Sequence record: NC_001901.1
DNA length: 46,375 bases
Direction: 5' to 3' (one strand)
Origin: Escherichia phage N15
Each line of letters begins with the position of its first letter. Position 1 is the stretch's first letter. The position numbers were made by a program, and so were the translations under genes. The notes under the pieces were generated by a model. That model searched no databases. It was not told the DNA's origin and saw nothing but the letters and a program-made list of their open reading frames with translations. Shown here piece by piece: positions 1 through 10,380 of this stretch.

Positions 1-88
1 GGGCGGCGTCCGCGCAGATTCTCGCTATATATGAAAAATTTGGACATGAGGTTGTTGTTTAATCATTGCTGAAAACTGGTGAGGGAAT
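1..88. other. cos region (left end); first 12 nt gggcggcgtccg identical to last 12 nt of window, followed by AT-rich cosB-like segment
   Basis: Identical 12-mer at both termini; layout resembles lambda cos (GGGCGGCG...); terminase genes start immediately downstream. Confidence 0.8.
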
Positions 89-595
89 ATGGCCGTGTTA
101 TTGAATAAATCTGATATGGCTTCCTCGCTGGGAATATCCGTCCAGGCCTTTGATAAATGGGGTGTCCAGCCTGTAGAGAAGAGGGGTCGTGAAGTCTTCT
201 TTGATGTTCGGTCAGTCGTAGATAACCGGCTCGAAAACCAGAGCAGAAAACTACAACCATCTCCGGGTGACGACGATGATGGTGTCAATATTGATTATGA
301 ACGTTGGCGTTTAACTCGTGCGAATGCTGATGCGGCTGAGCTGGCCAATGAGAAAAAGCGTCGCGAGGTCGTAGAGACTGCGTTTTGTACCTTCGTGTTA
401 TCCAGAATTGCCGCTGAAATATCCAGTATCCTGGATGGCATACCCCTTTCGATGCAGCGCCGGTTCCCTGAACTGGAAAATCGGCATATCGAGTTCCTGA
501 AAGGGGACGTAATAAAGGCGATGAATAAGGCTGCGGCGCTGGATGAACGGATTCCGGGGTTGTTGAATGATTATATCGACCAGTCAGGTAGCTAA
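89..595 (+). CDS. terminase small subunit (lambda Nu1-like)
   Basis: First gene after cos, RBS GAGGGA before ATG, N-terminal HTH-like region, overlaps start of large terminase as in lambda. Confidence 0.8.
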   Translation: MAVLLNKSDMASSLGISVQAFDKWGVQPVEKRGREVFFDVRSVVDNRLENQSRKLQPSPGDDDDGVNIDYERWRLTRANADAAELANEKKRREVVETAFCTFVLSRIAAEISSILDGIPLSMQRRFPELENRHIEFLKGDVIKAMNKAAALDERIPGLLNDYIDQSGS

Positions 596-2489
596 TCTGC
601 GAACAGCGGTAAAAGCTGGTCTGAAATCACTATACCGCCCGGAACCCATGACAGCTGTCGAATGGGCCGATGCGCATTATTACCTTCCGAAAGAATCCGC
701 TTATCAGGAGGGTCGCTGGGAAACACTGCCATTTCAGCGCGCGATCATGAATGCGATGGGCAGTGACTATATTCGCATTGTTAACGTCATTAAGTCGGCG
801 CGAGTAGGCTATTCGAAAATGCTCCTCGGCGTCATTGCTTATTTCATCGAGCACAAACAGCGTAATGAGTTGCTGTGGCTGCCGACCGACGGCGACGCAG
901 ATAATTTCATGAAGTCACACGTTGAACCGACGATTCGTGATGTCCCTTCTCTGTTATCACTTGCACCCTGGTACGGGAAAAAGCACAGGGACAATACCCT
1001 GTCGATGAAGCGTTTTACCAATGGCCGTGGATTTTGGTGCCTGGGCGGTAAGGCTGCAAAAAACTATCGTGAAAAATCAGTAGATGTAGTTGGTTACGAT
1101 GAACTGGCGGCGTTTGACGCAGACATTGAGAAAGAGGGTTCGCCGACCTTCCTGGGGGATAAGCGTATCGAGGGCTCTGTTTGGCCCAAATCCATACGCG
1201 GTTCGACACCGAAATTGCGTGGAACGTGTCAGATTGAGCGAGCAGCAAAAGAGTCCGGGCATTTTATGCGATTTCATGTCGCATGCCCGCATTGTGGTGA
1301 AGAGCAATATCTTAAATTTGGTGACCGGGATACGCCTTTTGGCTTCAAATGGGAGCCTGAGCAGGCCGAAACGGTCTACTACCTCTGCGAGCATAATGCT
1401 TGTGTCATTAAGCAACATGAACTGGACTTTTCCAACGCTCGTTATATTTGCGAATTGACCGGAATATGGACGCGAGACGGGCTTCGCTGGTTCTCATCGT
1501 CTAATGCTGAAATTGACCCGCCTGAAAGCGTAACTTTCCACATCTGGACTGCTTATAGCCCGTTTACCACCTGGGTACAGATTGTTAAAGACTGGTTCAA
1601 AACGAAAGGCGACACGGGTAAACGCAAAACATTCGTGAACACCACCTTGGGTGAGACGTGGGAAGCGAAAATCGGTGATCGGCCCGATGCGGACGTGTTA
1701 GCTGAGCGTAAAGAGCACTTTGATGCTGCAGTGCCTGAGCGAGTGGCGTATCTGACAGCTGGTATTGACTCCCAGCTCGACCGTTACGAAATGCGTGTAT
1801 GGGGATGGGGGCCGGGAGAGGAAAGCTGGCTTATCGACCGGCAAATCATCATGGGTCGTCATGATGATGAGTCTACGCTTGCTCGCGTGGATGAGGCGAT
1901 TAACAAGACATACACGCGCCGGAACGGTGTTGAAATGTCTATCTCCCGTATTTGCTGGGACATCGGTGGCATTGATCCCACTATCGTCTACAACCGCTCT
2001 AAAAAACACGGTCTGTTTCGTGTGATCCCGATTAAGGGTGCCTCGGTTTATGGAAAACCGGTAGCGAATATGCCCCGCAAGCGTAACAAAAACGGTGTTT
2101 ATCTGACTGAGGTGGGTACTGATACCGCTAAAGAGCAGATTTATAACCGCTTCACGCTGATTGTCGAGGGAGATGAACCTCTGGCCGGTGCCGTTCACTT
2201 CCCCAACAACCCCGATATTTACGATCTTTCTGAGGCGCAGCAGCTGACCGCCGAAGAGCTGGTAGAAAAGTGGGTTGATGGGAAGAGAAAAATCATATGG
2301 GACAGCAAAAAGAGGCGAAATGAGGCTCTCGACTGCTTTGTTTACGCACTGGCGGCGCTTCGTATCAGCATATCCCGCTGGCAGCTTAACCTTGATTCAC
2401 TTCTGGCCAGCCTGCTGGAGGAAGAGGGCACCCGTAACAATAACAAGACCCTGGCGGATTACGCGCGGGCATTATCTGGAGAGGAATAA
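567..2489 (+). CDS. terminase large subunit (lambda gpA-like)
   Basis: 640 aa; near-colinear similarity to lambda gpA as I recall it (e.g. [44 protein letters not shown]). Confidence 0.95.
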   Translation: MIISTSQVANLRTAVKAGLKSLYRPEPMTAVEWADAHYYLPKESAYQEGRWETLPFQRAIMNAMGSDYIRIVNVIKSARVGYSKMLLGVIAYFIEHKQRNELLWLPTDGDADNFMKSHVEPTIRDVPSLLSLAPWYGKKHRDNTLSMKRFTNGRGFWCLGGKAAKNYREKSVDVVGYDELAAFDADIEKEGSPTFLGDKRIEGSVWPKSIRGSTPKLRGTCQIERAAKESGHFMRFHVACPHCGEEQYLKFGDRDTPFGFKWEPEQAETVYYLCEHNACVIKQHELDFSNARYICELTGIWTRDGLRWFSSSNAEIDPPESVTFHIWTAYSPFTTWVQIVKDWFKTKGDTGKRKTFVNTTLGETWEAKIGDRPDADVLAERKEHFDAAVPERVAYLTAGIDSQLDRYEMRVWGWGPGEESWLIDRQIIMGRHDDESTLARVDEAINKTYTRRNGVEMSISRICWDIGGIDPTIVYNRSKKHGLFRVIPIKGASVYGKPVANMPRKRNKNGVYLTEVGTDTAKEQIYNRFTLIVEGDEPLAGAVHFPNNPDIYDLSEAQQLTAEELVEKWVDGKRKIIWDSKKRRNEALDCFVYALAALRISISRWQLNLDSLLASLLEEEGTRNNNKTLADYARALSGEE

Positions 2490-2695
2490 TGGCAACACAG
2501 ACTGAACTGGATGCCGCGCGCGCTGCGTTACATGACCTGATGATGGGGAAACGTGTGGCGACAGTACAAAAAGACGGTCGAAGAGTGGAATTTACAGCTA
2601 CCTCAGTCAGCGATCTGAAAAAGTATATCGCCGACCTTGAATCACAGGTCGGAACCACATCACGACGCCGGGGGCCTGCTGGGTTTTACGTATGA
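2489..2695 (+). CDS. head-tail joining protein (lambda gpW-like)
   Basis: 68 aa, same length as lambda W; [41 protein letters not shown] matches remembered W; start overlaps terminase stop. Confidence 0.85.
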   Translation: MATQTELDAARAALHDLMMGKRVATVQKDGRRVEFTATSVSDLKKYIADLESQVGTTSRRRGPAGFYV

Positions 2696-4284
2696 AAATA
2701 CCATCTTTAGTGGGACCTGACGGGAAAACATCCCTTCGGGAATACGCGGGATATCATGGAGGTGGTGGCGGGTTTGGTGGTCAGCTGCGAGGCTGGAATC
2801 CGCCGAGCGAAAGTGCAGATGCAGCACTCCTTCCCAACTATTCTCGTGGAAATGCCCGCGCTGACGATCTGGTGCGAAATAATGGCTATGCGGCAAATGC
2901 CGTGCAGCTCCACCAGGACCACATCGTCGGGTCATTTTTCAGACTCAGTTATCGACCAAGCTGGCGTTATCTGGGTATTAATGAGGAAGATTCACGCGCA
3001 TTTTCGCGGGATGTGGAAGCTGCATGGAATGAGTATGCCGAGGATGACTTTTGCGGGATTGATGCCGAACGTAAGCGCACGTTTACGATGATGATCCGCG
3101 AAGGTGTGGCCATGCATGCGTTTAACGGTGAATTATGCGTGCAGGCGACCTGGGACAGCGATTCAACGCGTCTTTTCCGCACCCAGTTCAAAATGGTCAG
3201 TCCGAAGCGCGTCAGCAACCCGAACAATATCGGTGATACCCGGAACTGTCGTGCCGGTGTAAAAATCAATGATAGCGGTGCTGCGCTGGGATATTACGTC
3301 AGCGACGATGGCTATCCCGGCTGGATGGCGCAAAACTGGACCTACATCCCTCGCGAACTACCCGGCGGTCGACCTTCGTTTATCCATGTATTCGAACCGA
3401 TGGAGGATGGACAGACCCGTGGGGCCAATGCGTTTTACAGCGTGATGGAGCAGATGAAAATGCTCGACACCCTGCAAAATACCCAGCTCCAGAGCGCGAT
3501 AGTGAAGGCTATGTATGCGGCTACCATCGAGAGTGAGCTGGATACCCAATCGGCGATGGACTTTATTCTCGGTGCAGATAATAAAGAGCAGCAGAGCAAA
3601 CTGACGGGCTGGCTCGGCGAAATGGCAGCCTATTACTCTGCTGCGCCGGTTCGCCTTGGCGGGGCAAGGGTCCCACACCTGTTGCCAGGGGATTCTCTTA
3701 ACCTTCAGTCGGCGCAGGATACCGATAACGGCTATTCAACGTTCGAACAATCCCTGCTGCGTTATATTGCTGCAGGGCTGGGTGTGTCGTATGAGCAGCT
3801 TTCACGAAATTATTCGCAGATGAGCTACTCGACCGCACGCGCAAGTGCTAACGAGTCCTGGGCGTACTTTATGGGGCGTCGAAAGTTTGTGGCATCCCGA
3901 CAGGCCTGTCAGATGTTTCTTTGCTGGCTTGAAGAGGCGATTGTCCGCCGCGTGGTCACGCTTCCTTCGAAAGCCAGGTTCAGTTTCCAGGAGGCGAGAA
4001 CAGCCTGGGGGAATGCCAACTGGATTGGTTCTGGTCGAATGGCAATTGACGGTCTGAAAGAGGTGCAGGAAGCCGTCATGCTAATCGAAGCAGGTCTCAG
4101 TACGTATGAGAAAGAGTGCGCCAAACGCGGTGATGATTATCAGGAGATTTTTGCCCAGCAGGTCCGGGAATCAATGGAGCGTCGTGCTGCGGGTCTGAAC
4201 CCACCGGCATGGGCCGCTGCCGCTTTTGAGGCTGGAGTGAAAAAATCAAACGAGGAGGAGCAAGATGGCGCACGAGCTGCGTAA
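2692..4284 (+). CDS. portal protein (lambda gpB-like)
   Basis: 530 aa, position and size as lambda B; start overlaps W stop (ATGA). Confidence 0.9.
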   Translation: MKIPSLVGPDGKTSLREYAGYHGGGGGFGGQLRGWNPPSESADAALLPNYSRGNARADDLVRNNGYAANAVQLHQDHIVGSFFRLSYRPSWRYLGINEEDSRAFSRDVEAAWNEYAEDDFCGIDAERKRTFTMMIREGVAMHAFNGELCVQATWDSDSTRLFRTQFKMVSPKRVSNPNNIGDTRNCRAGVKINDSGAALGYYVSDDGYPGWMAQNWTYIPRELPGGRPSFIHVFEPMEDGQTRGANAFYSVMEQMKMLDTLQNTQLQSAIVKAMYAATIESELDTQSAMDFILGADNKEQQSKLTGWLGEMAAYYSAAPVRLGGARVPHLLPGDSLNLQSAQDTDNGYSTFEQSLLRYIAAGLGVSYEQLSRNYSQMSYSTARASANESWAYFMGRRKFVASRQACQMFLCWLEEAIVRRVVTLPSKARFSFQEARTAWGNANWIGSGRMAIDGLKEVQEAVMLIEAGLSTYEKECAKRGDDYQEIFAQQVRESMERRAAGLNPPAWAAAAFEAGVKKSNEEEQDGARAA

Positions 4285-5608
4285 TCTTCCGCATATTGCC
4301 AGTATGGCCTTTAATGAGCCACTGATGCTTGAACCCGCCTACGCGCGGGTTTTCTTTTGCGCGCTGGCTGGCCAGCTGGGTATCACCCGGCTGACAGATA
4401 CTGTCGCTGGCATCACGCTTGATGCAGGACAAATTGCCGAACCGCTGGCGTTATTTGGTGATGATGATGACATGGAACCCCGTCCATCACGCAGTTATCA
4501 AGTGGCAAATGGTGTCGCAGTTTTACCCGTTTCCGGCACGCTGGTCAGTAAAACCCGCTCGCTGCAGCCTTATTCCGGCATGACGGGTTACAACGGGATC
4601 ATCGCTCGCCTGCAGCAGGCAATCAGTGACCCCGGCGTAGATGGCATCCTGCTGGATATGGATACGCCAGGCGGAATGGTGTCCGGGGCATTTGACTGCG
4701 CCGACATTATTGCCCGTATGCGCGATATCAAACCCATCTGGGCGCTGGCCAATGACATGAACTGCAGCGCAGGGCAGCTTATTGCCAGTTCAGCATCGCG
4801 GCGGCTGGTCACACAAACGGCCAGAACCGGATCCATCGGGGTCATGATGGCGCACAGCAACTATGGTGCTGCGCTCAAAACTAACGGCGTTGAGGTCTCG
4901 CTGATTTACAGCGGCGATCACAAGGTCGACGGCAACCCTTACGAAAAACTACCAGAAGATGTGCGTGCTGATTTCCAGACGCGTATCGATGCCACTCGTC
5001 AGATGTTCGCCGAAAAGGTTTCCGCTTATACCGGTATGTCCGTTCAGGACGTACTGGACACCGAAGCGGCAGTATTCTCCGGCCAGGAGTCAGTGGACAA
5101 CGGTTTGGCGGATGAACTTGTTAACAATACCGATGCGCTCGGCGTGATGCGCGAAGCACTCGACAGACGCAAAAAAATAACCATTGGAGGAACTATGCCA
5201 TCACCTTCTGCATCAGCTGTGGCCACTAAGCCAGCTGACCAGGCAGCAACTCAGACAACTGCCTCAGCTGAACAGGTCACTACCGTTGACACGACCATTG
5301 CTTCCGTAGAGGCCCCTGTAGATGTCAGTGCGCAGGTCACTGCAGCAGTAGCTGCAGAGAATAGCCGCATCATGGGCATCCTGAACTGTGAAGAGGCGAA
5401 AGGGCGTGAGTCACAGGCGCGTGCACTGGCCGAAACGCCGGGTATGACGGTAGAGAGTGCACAGCGCATTCTGGCGGCTGCACCGCAAAGTGCCCAAGCG
5501 CGTACCGACACGGCGCTGGATCGTCTGATGGAAACAGCACCAGGCGCACTTTCAGCAGGCAGCGCATCTTCTGATGCCGCTGACGATTTGTTAAACACCC
5601 CAGTTTAA
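4265..5608 (+). CDS. head maturation protease / minor capsid protein (lambda gpC-like, S49/ClpP-like)
   Basis: 447 aa, strong RBS GAGGAGGAG, synteny after portal, Ala/Gln-rich C-terminal scaffold-like tail. Confidence 0.85.
   Translation: MAHELRNLPHIASMAFNEPLMLEPAYARVFFCALAGQLGITRLTDTVAGITLDAGQIAEPLALFGDDDDMEPRPSRSYQVANGVAVLPVSGTLVSKTRSLQPYSGMTGYNGIIARLQQAISDPGVDGILLDMDTPGGMVSGAFDCADIIARMRDIKPIWALANDMNCSAGQLIASSASRRLVTQTARTGSIGVMMAHSNYGAALKTNGVEVSLIYSGDHKVDGNPYEKLPEDVRADFQTRIDATRQMFAEKVSAYTGMSVQDVLDTEAAVFSGQESVDNGLADELVNNTDALGVMREALDRRKKITIGGTMPSPSASAVATKPADQAATQTTASAEQVTTVDTTIASVEAPVDVSAQVTAAVAAENSRIMGILNCEEAKGRESQARALAETPGMTVESAQRILAAAPQSAQARTDTALDRLMETAPGALSAGSASSDAADDLLNTPV
5195..5608 (+). 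CDS. putative nested scaffold protein (lambda Nu3-like), in-frame internal start within C
   Basis: GGAGG RBS 5 nt upstream of in-frame ATG at 5195; lambda C/Nu3 paradigm. Confidence 0.5.
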   Translation: MPSPSASAVATKPADQAATQTTASAEQVTTVDTTIASVEAPVDVSAQVTAAVAAENSRIMGILNCEEAKGRESQARALAETPGMTVESAQRILAAAPQSAQARTDTALDRLMETAPGALSAGSASSDAADDLLNTPV

Positions 5609-5617
5609 GAGGCTATC

Positions 5618-5950
5618 ATGGCAATTACTGAAGTTTTCACACATAAGCAGCCGCTCGGTAACAGCGACCCGGCACACACCGCGTATGGTCCTGGCGAACT
5701 GACGGCTTCCACTCCAGCCATGACACCGCTCATGCTGGATGCCACTTCTGGCAAGCTGACCGTCTGGGATGGTGCTCATGCTGGCGCGGCAACAGGCATC
5801 CTCGCTGTAACCGCAGACCAGAACAGCGCAGAACTGGCTTTTTATAAATCTGGCTCTTTCCGTATTGAAGATGTCCTCTGGCCATCTGCCGTCACCGACG
5901 AAAACATTAAACGTAACGCGTTCGCCGGTACTGCAATCAGCATCGTTTAA
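5618..5950 (+). CDS. head decoration protein (lambda gpD-like)
   Basis: 110 aa; GNSDPAHTA...AMTPLMLD...FAGTAISIV matches remembered lambda D. Confidence 0.9.
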   Translation: MAITEVFTHKQPLGNSDPAHTAYGPGELTASTPAMTPLMLDATSGKLTVWDGAHAGAATGILAVTADQNSAELAFYKSGSFRIEDVLWPSAVTDENIKRNAFAGTAISIV

Positions 5951-5980
5951 TCCGCGTTTTTACAACCACCATCATTCATA

Positions 5981-6006
5981 AAAGCCGCCTGCGCGGCTTT
6001 TTTTAT
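5981..6006 (+). terminator. rho-independent terminator-like hairpin after D gene
   Basis: agccgcctgcgcggct stem-loop followed by T8. Confidence 0.6.
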
Positions 6007-6017
6007 GGGAAAAATCT

Positions 6018-7043
6018 ATGTCCGTTTACACCACTGCCCAGCTGCTGGCGGTCAATGAGAAGAAATTCAAATTCGATCCGCTCTTCCTGCGCATCTTTTT
6101 CCGCGAAACTTATCCCTTCAGTACAGAGAAGGTTTACCTGTCGCAAATTCCTGGCCTGGTCAACATGGCGCTGTACGTCTCGCCGATTGTCTCCGGCAAA
6201 GTGATCCGCTCCCGTGGCGGCAGCACGTCTGAATTCACGCCAGGTTATGTGAAGCCGAAACACGAAGTTAACCCACTGATGACTCTTCGCCGCCTGCCGG
6301 ATGAGGATCCACAGAACCTCGCTGACCCGGTCTACCGCCGTCGCCGCATTATCCTCCAGAACATGAAGGATGAAGAGCTGGCGATTGCGCAGGTCGAAGA
6401 GAAGCAGGCTGTTGCGGCGGTACTCAGTGGGAAATACACCATGACCGGGGAAGCGTTCGAGCCTGTTGAAGTTGATATGGGGCGCAGCGCTGGTAACAAC
6501 ATTGTCCAGGCCGGTGCGGCTGCGTGGTCCTCCCGCGACAAAGAAACGTATGACCCGACCGATGACATTGAAGCCTACGCGCTCAACGCCAGCGGTGTGG
6601 TCAACATCATTGTGTTCGATCCGAAGGGCTGGGCGCTGTTCCGTTCCTTCAAGGCAGTGAAGGAGAAACTGGATACGCGTCGAGGCTCTAACTCTGAGCT
6701 GGAAACCGCCCTGAAAGACCTGGGCAAGGCAGTTTCCTACAAGGGGATGTATGGCGATGTGGCCATCGTGGTCTACTCCGGCCAGTACATCGAAAACGAC
6801 GTCAAAAAGAACTATCTGCCAGACCTGACGATGGTCCTGGGTAACACTCAGGCGCGCGGCCTGCGTACCTATGGTTGCATTCTTGATGCCGATGCCCAGC
6901 GAGAAGGTATCAACGCTTCGACGCGTTACCCGAAAAACTGGGTGCAAACGGGCGATCCGGCGCGTGAATTCACCATGATTCAGTCAGCCCCGCTGATGCT
7001 GCTGGCAGACCCGGACGAGTTCGTGTCCGTCAAGCTGGCATAA
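6018..7043 (+). CDS. major capsid protein (lambda gpE-like)
   Basis: 341 aa, same length as lambda E and near-colinear with it (YTTAQLLA...KFKFDPLFLR...GLRTYGCI...MLLADPDEFVSV). Confidence 0.95.
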   Translation: MSVYTTAQLLAVNEKKFKFDPLFLRIFFRETYPFSTEKVYLSQIPGLVNMALYVSPIVSGKVIRSRGGSTSEFTPGYVKPKHEVNPLMTLRRLPDEDPQNLADPVYRRRRIILQNMKDEELAIAQVEEKQAVAAVLSGKYTMTGEAFEPVEVDMGRSAGNNIVQAGAAAWSSRDKETYDPTDDIEAYALNASGVVNIIVFDPKGWALFRSFKAVKEKLDTRRGSNSELETALKDLGKAVSYKGMYGDVAIVVYSGQYIENDVKKNYLPDLTMVLGNTQARGLRTYGCILDADAQREGINASTRYPKNWVQTGDPAREFTMIQSAPLMLLADPDEFVSVKLA

Positions 7044-7088
7044 CTTCCACCTGTGGCCCATTCGGGCCACCTTTCTGGAGTATTACCC

Positions 7089-7523
7089 ATGACAGAGAAA
7101 GAAAAGCTGATTGCTCGGCTGAATGAACTTGGTACCCAGCTTAACCGCGAAGTCAGCACCAGCGGCACCATTCAGGAACTCACTATGCGTATTGCTGAGC
7201 TTGAAGAGGAGCTGGATGGAGACGCCACCTCGGTTGACGGCGAAAGCGGCGGGCAGAATGCTGCCGACAGCACCGACAGCACCGACAGCACCGACAGCAC
7301 CGACAGCACCGACAGCGATGTTGCTGATGTGGAAAAAGTAAAATCGGAAGCGGGTACAAATGGTGACCAGGTATCAGTAGAAACGCTGGCTACCCTGCAT
7401 GTTGAGGCACTACATGCCACGCGTAACGAACCGGTATCCATCGTTGAGCCCGGTGTGATTATCCGCGTATCCGAACAGGATGCAGACGAGCTGATCTCAA
7501 AGGGGCTGGCTCGCGAAGTCTGA
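7089..7523 (+). CDS. DNA packaging protein (lambda gpFI-like) with internal (TDS)n repeat
   Basis: RBS CTGGAG then ATG at 7089; LIARLNELGTQLNREVS and LHVEALHATRNEPV resemble lambda FI; longer ORF from 7053 lacks RBS. Confidence 0.75.
   Translation: MTEKEKLIARLNELGTQLNREVSTSGTIQELTMRIAELEEELDGDATSVDGESGGQNAADSTDSTDSTDSTDSTDSDVADVEKVKSEAGTNGDQVSVETLATLHVEALHATRNEPVSIVEPGVIIRVSEQDADELISKGLAREV
7266..7316 (+). repeat. tandem 9-bp repeat (gacagcacc) x5.7 encoding DSTDSTDSTDSTDSTDSD inside FI-like gene
   Basis: Direct reading of sequence; perfect tandem copies. Confidence 0.95.
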
Positions 7524-7533
7524 AGGGGGCCGC

Positions 7534-7887
7534 ATGGCTGATTTCGATAATCTCTTTGACGAGGCCATGTCGCGAGCAGATGGTGCTATCCGTGGTGTGA
7601 TGGGTACAGAGGCAAAGGTGATGTCAGGCACTTTGTCAGGTGCAACCCTGGTCGGTGTATTTGATGATCCAGAAAACATCGGTTATGCCGGCGCCGGGAT
7701 TCGCGTTGAAGGTACCAGCCCGACGCTGTTTGTTAAAACCTCCACAGTCAGCCAGCTGCAGCGTATGGACACACTGACGATTAACGGGCGGCAATTCTGG
7801 GTTGATCGTGTTGGTCCTGATGATTGTGGATCATGTCACATCTGGCTGGGTAACGGCACTCCGCCAGCTTCTTCGCGCCGCCGTTAA
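7534..7887 (+). CDS. head completion / head-tail joining protein (lambda gpFII-like)
   Basis: 117 aa; MADFDNLFD...FDDPENI...FWVDRV...PDD.GSCH.WLG matches lambda FII. Confidence 0.9.
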   Translation: MADFDNLFDEAMSRADGAIRGVMGTEAKVMSGTLSGATLVGVFDDPENIGYAGAGIRVEGTSPTLFVKTSTVSQLQRMDTLTINGRQFWVDRVGPDDCGSCHIWLGNGTPPASSRRR

Positions 7888-7896
7888 GGAGCGCCC

Positions 7897-8451
7897 ATGT
7901 CATTAAAAGGCCTTGAACAGGCGATAGAAAACCTTAACAGCATCAGCAAAACGGCTGTCCCGCGTGCGTCGGCGCAGGCTGTTAACCGCGTGGCAAACCG
8001 GGCCGTCAGCCGCAGCGTGGCGGTCGTATCAAAAGATACGCGCGTACCGCGAAAACTGGTAAAGCAACGCGCCAGGGTGAAGCGTGCGACGGTCAATAAA
8101 CCTCGCGCGCTTATCCGTGTAAACCGGGGCAATTTACCGGCCATTAAACTCGGAACCGCAAGCGTGCGACTTTCCCGCAGAAAACGGGATAAGAAAGGGG
8201 CCAACAGCGTTCTGCGTATAGGGCCGTTCCGTTTTCCGGGCGGTTTTATCCAGCAACTTAAAAATGGCCGCTGGCATGTCATGAGGCGTACGTCAAAACC
8301 TCGTTACCCCATTGAAGTGGTCAGCATCCCGCTGGCAGCTCCATTAACTACGGCGTTTAAAGAAGAACTGCCAAAGCTCATGGAGTCAGATATGCCCAAA
8401 GAACTCCGGGCATCCCTTACCAACCAACTCAGGTTAATTCTGACACGATGA
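7897..8451 (+). CDS. tail completion protein (lambda gpZ-like)
   Basis: 184 aa; LEQA.ENL..ISKTAVP...KLVK.RARLKRATV resemble lambda Z. Confidence 0.85.
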   Translation: MSLKGLEQAIENLNSISKTAVPRASAQAVNRVANRAVSRSVAVVSKDTRVPRKLVKQRARVKRATVNKPRALIRVNRGNLPAIKLGTASVRLSRRKRDKKGANSVLRIGPFRFPGGFIQQLKNGRWHVMRRTSKPRYPIEVVSIPLAAPLTTAFKEELPKLMESDMPKELRASLTNQLRLILTR

Positions 8452-8846
8452 AACACAGAGATATTCGCAAGGTGATTATTGACGCGCTGGAGAGCGCGAT
8501 TGGTACTGACGCCATTTATTTTGACGGCAGACCTGCAGTGCTCGAAGAGGGTGATTTTCCCGCTGTTGCCGTTTACCTGACCGATGCGGAATACACAGGG
8601 GAAGAACTGGACGCCGACACCTGGCAGGCCATTCTGCATATCGAAGTCTTTCTTGAGGCTCAGGTACCTGATTCTGAGCTGGATGACTGGATGGAGACGC
8701 GAGTGTATCCGGTTCTCGCAGAGGTTCCAGGGCTTGAATCCCTTATCACCACAATGGTTCAGCAGGGCTATGACTACCAGCGCGATGACGATATGGCGCT
8801 GTGGAGTTCTGCCGACCTGAAATATTCCATTACTTACGACATGTGA
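8448..8846 (+). CDS. tail terminator protein (lambda gpU-like)
   Basis: 132 aa; [39 protein letters not shown] matches lambda U. Confidence 0.9.
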   Translation: MKHRDIRKVIIDALESAIGTDAIYFDGRPAVLEEGDFPAVAVYLTDAEYTGEELDADTWQAILHIEVFLEAQVPDSELDDWMETRVYPVLAEVPGLESLITTMVQQGYDYQRDDDMALWSSADLKYSITYDM

Positions 8847-8853
8847 GGACCCT

Positions 8854-9591
8854 ATGGCCACACCAAACCCGCTGGCACCAACAAAAGGTGCTGGTACCAC
8901 CCTCTGGGTTTACACCGGAACCGGTGATCCATACGCCAATCCGCTTTCAGACGTTGACTGGCTGCGTCTGGCAAAGATTAAAGACCTGCAGCCCGGTGAA
9001 CTGACCGCCGAATCTGAGGATGACACCTACATCGATGATGAGAATGCCGACTGGACATCAACGATGCAGGGGCAGAAATCAGCCGGTGAAACCAACCTCA
9101 CTCTCGCGTGGATGCCGGGAGATTCCGGTCAGCAGGACCTGGTGAACTGGTTCGATGAAGGCACCGTGAAGGGGTATAAAATCAAATATCCGAATGGTGT
9201 TGTCGACGTCTTTAAGGGCTGGGTGAGCAGTCTAGGCAAGACCATCTCGTCTAAAGAGGTCATGACCCGCACGGCAAAAATCACCAACAATGGCAAACCA
9301 TCGCTGGCCGAAGACAGTGGTACAGCGCCGATTGCTGTTACGGGGATCAGCCTGGATAAATCCACGGCGGCTGTGGCGGTTGCAGCCACGACGCAACTGG
9401 TGGTTTCTGTCCTGCCAGCAAGTGCTTCAGATAAGTCTTTCCGCGTAGCCAGCTCTGATCCATCAAAAGCAACGGTCACCGTCAGCGGTAATACCCTGAC
9501 TGTCACCGGCGTAGCGGCAGGCACCGTCGAAATCATCGTCATGAGCAATGATGGTAACTTTGTGGCGATCTGCAAAGTCACTGTTTCCTGA
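8854..9591 (+). CDS. major tail tube protein (lambda gpV-like) with C-terminal Big_2-like Ig domain
   Basis: 245 aa; C-terminal [15 protein letters not shown]...[16 protein letters not shown] typical of bacterial Ig-like domain; synteny. Confidence 0.9.
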   Translation: MATPNPLAPTKGAGTTLWVYTGTGDPYANPLSDVDWLRLAKIKDLQPGELTAESEDDTYIDDENADWTSTMQGQKSAGETNLTLAWMPGDSGQQDLVNWFDEGTVKGYKIKYPNGVVDVFKGWVSSLGKTISSKEVMTRTAKITNNGKPSLAEDSGTAPIAVTGISLDKSTAAVAVAATTQLVVSVLPASASDKSFRVASSDPSKATVTVSGNTLTVTGVAAGTVEIIVMSNDGNFVAICKVTVS

Positions 9592-9628
9592 TAACCGGGG
9601 CGCGAGCCCCGTTCCCCCCGGAGTAATT

Positions 9629-10051
9629 ATGTTTCTAAAGAGCGAACTGCTTGAATGCAACGGCAGCAGCGTCACATTGTTCCAGCTGTCAGCGCTACAG
9701 CGTATTGAACACCTCGAATACCTGAAACAGCTGGAAGCGGTTGAGGTGGGCGATTTTCAGGCGGCCATTACCTTTACTGTGAAGAGTGGAGCGTATCTCG
9801 TCGCAATGTCGCTCTGGCACGGACACCCTTTGAAAGGCTCACAGGGAGAAAACGCGGCGGCGGAAGTGGCAAAGATTCAGGATGAGGTCATGCAGACATG
9901 GCCGACCGAACTGGTTGCCGAAGCGGAATATAAGGTGAAACTCCTGTCCGGAATGATTGCGCCTGTCATTGATGAACCGACTTCATCCGGTGAAGAACGT
10001 AATGAACCTGCTGAACCCGTTACTGCGGAAAAGCCCTCGCCAGTGAGCTGA
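9629..10051 (+). CDS. tail assembly chaperone (lambda gpG-like)
   Basis: RBS GGAG before ATG 9629; MFLKSE...VTLFQLSALQRIEHLEYLKQ resembles lambda G. Confidence 0.8.
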   Translation: MFLKSELLECNGSSVTLFQLSALQRIEHLEYLKQLEAVEVGDFQAAITFTVKSGAYLVAMSLWHGHPLKGSQGENAAAEVAKIQDEVMQTWPTELVAEAEYKVKLLSGMIAPVIDEPTSSGEERNEPAEPVTAEKPSPVS

Positions 10052-10059
10052 AATTTGCC

Positions 10060-10380
10060 ATGAAACTGGCGCGTGAGTTCGGTCGCCCGGACTGGCGTGC
10101 CATGCTTGCTGGCATGTCCTCAACGGAGTACGGCGACTGGAAAATCTTCTACCAGGACAATTATTTTCATGATGCGCAGCTGGATGCTCATTTCTCCGGT
10201 TTGCTCTACACCATCTCAACCCTGTTTTTTGCCGATCCGGAGTTAACCCCGGACAGTTTCAGCATTCTTTCCCCTGCACCGGAAGCCATCGACATCGATG
10301 ATCCGGATGACGATACGCTGATGGCGAAGGCTGCAGGTATTTCAGGAGGCGTGCGCTATGGCCCAGACGGCAGTCGGTGA
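10060..10380 (+). CDS. gpT-like region, probably expressed only as G-T fusion by -1 frameshift near 10027-10033
   Basis: ORF in -1 frame relative to G, open from 10015; lambda G/T programmed frameshift paradigm. Confidence 0.55.
   Translation: MKLAREFGRPDWRAMLAGMSSTEYGDWKIFYQDNYFHDAQLDAHFSGLLYTISTLFFADPELTPDSFSILSPAPEAIDIDDPDDDTLMAKAAGISGGVRYGPDGSR

Noticed and set aside
1698-2198. 166-aa ORF on the - strand inside the large terminase gene
   Set aside because: Antisense to a high-confidence conserved gene.
6003-6947. 314-aa ORF on the - strand
   Set aside because: Lies entirely antisense to the major capsid gene, whose similarity to lambda E is unambiguous; no RBS and no recognisable motifs.
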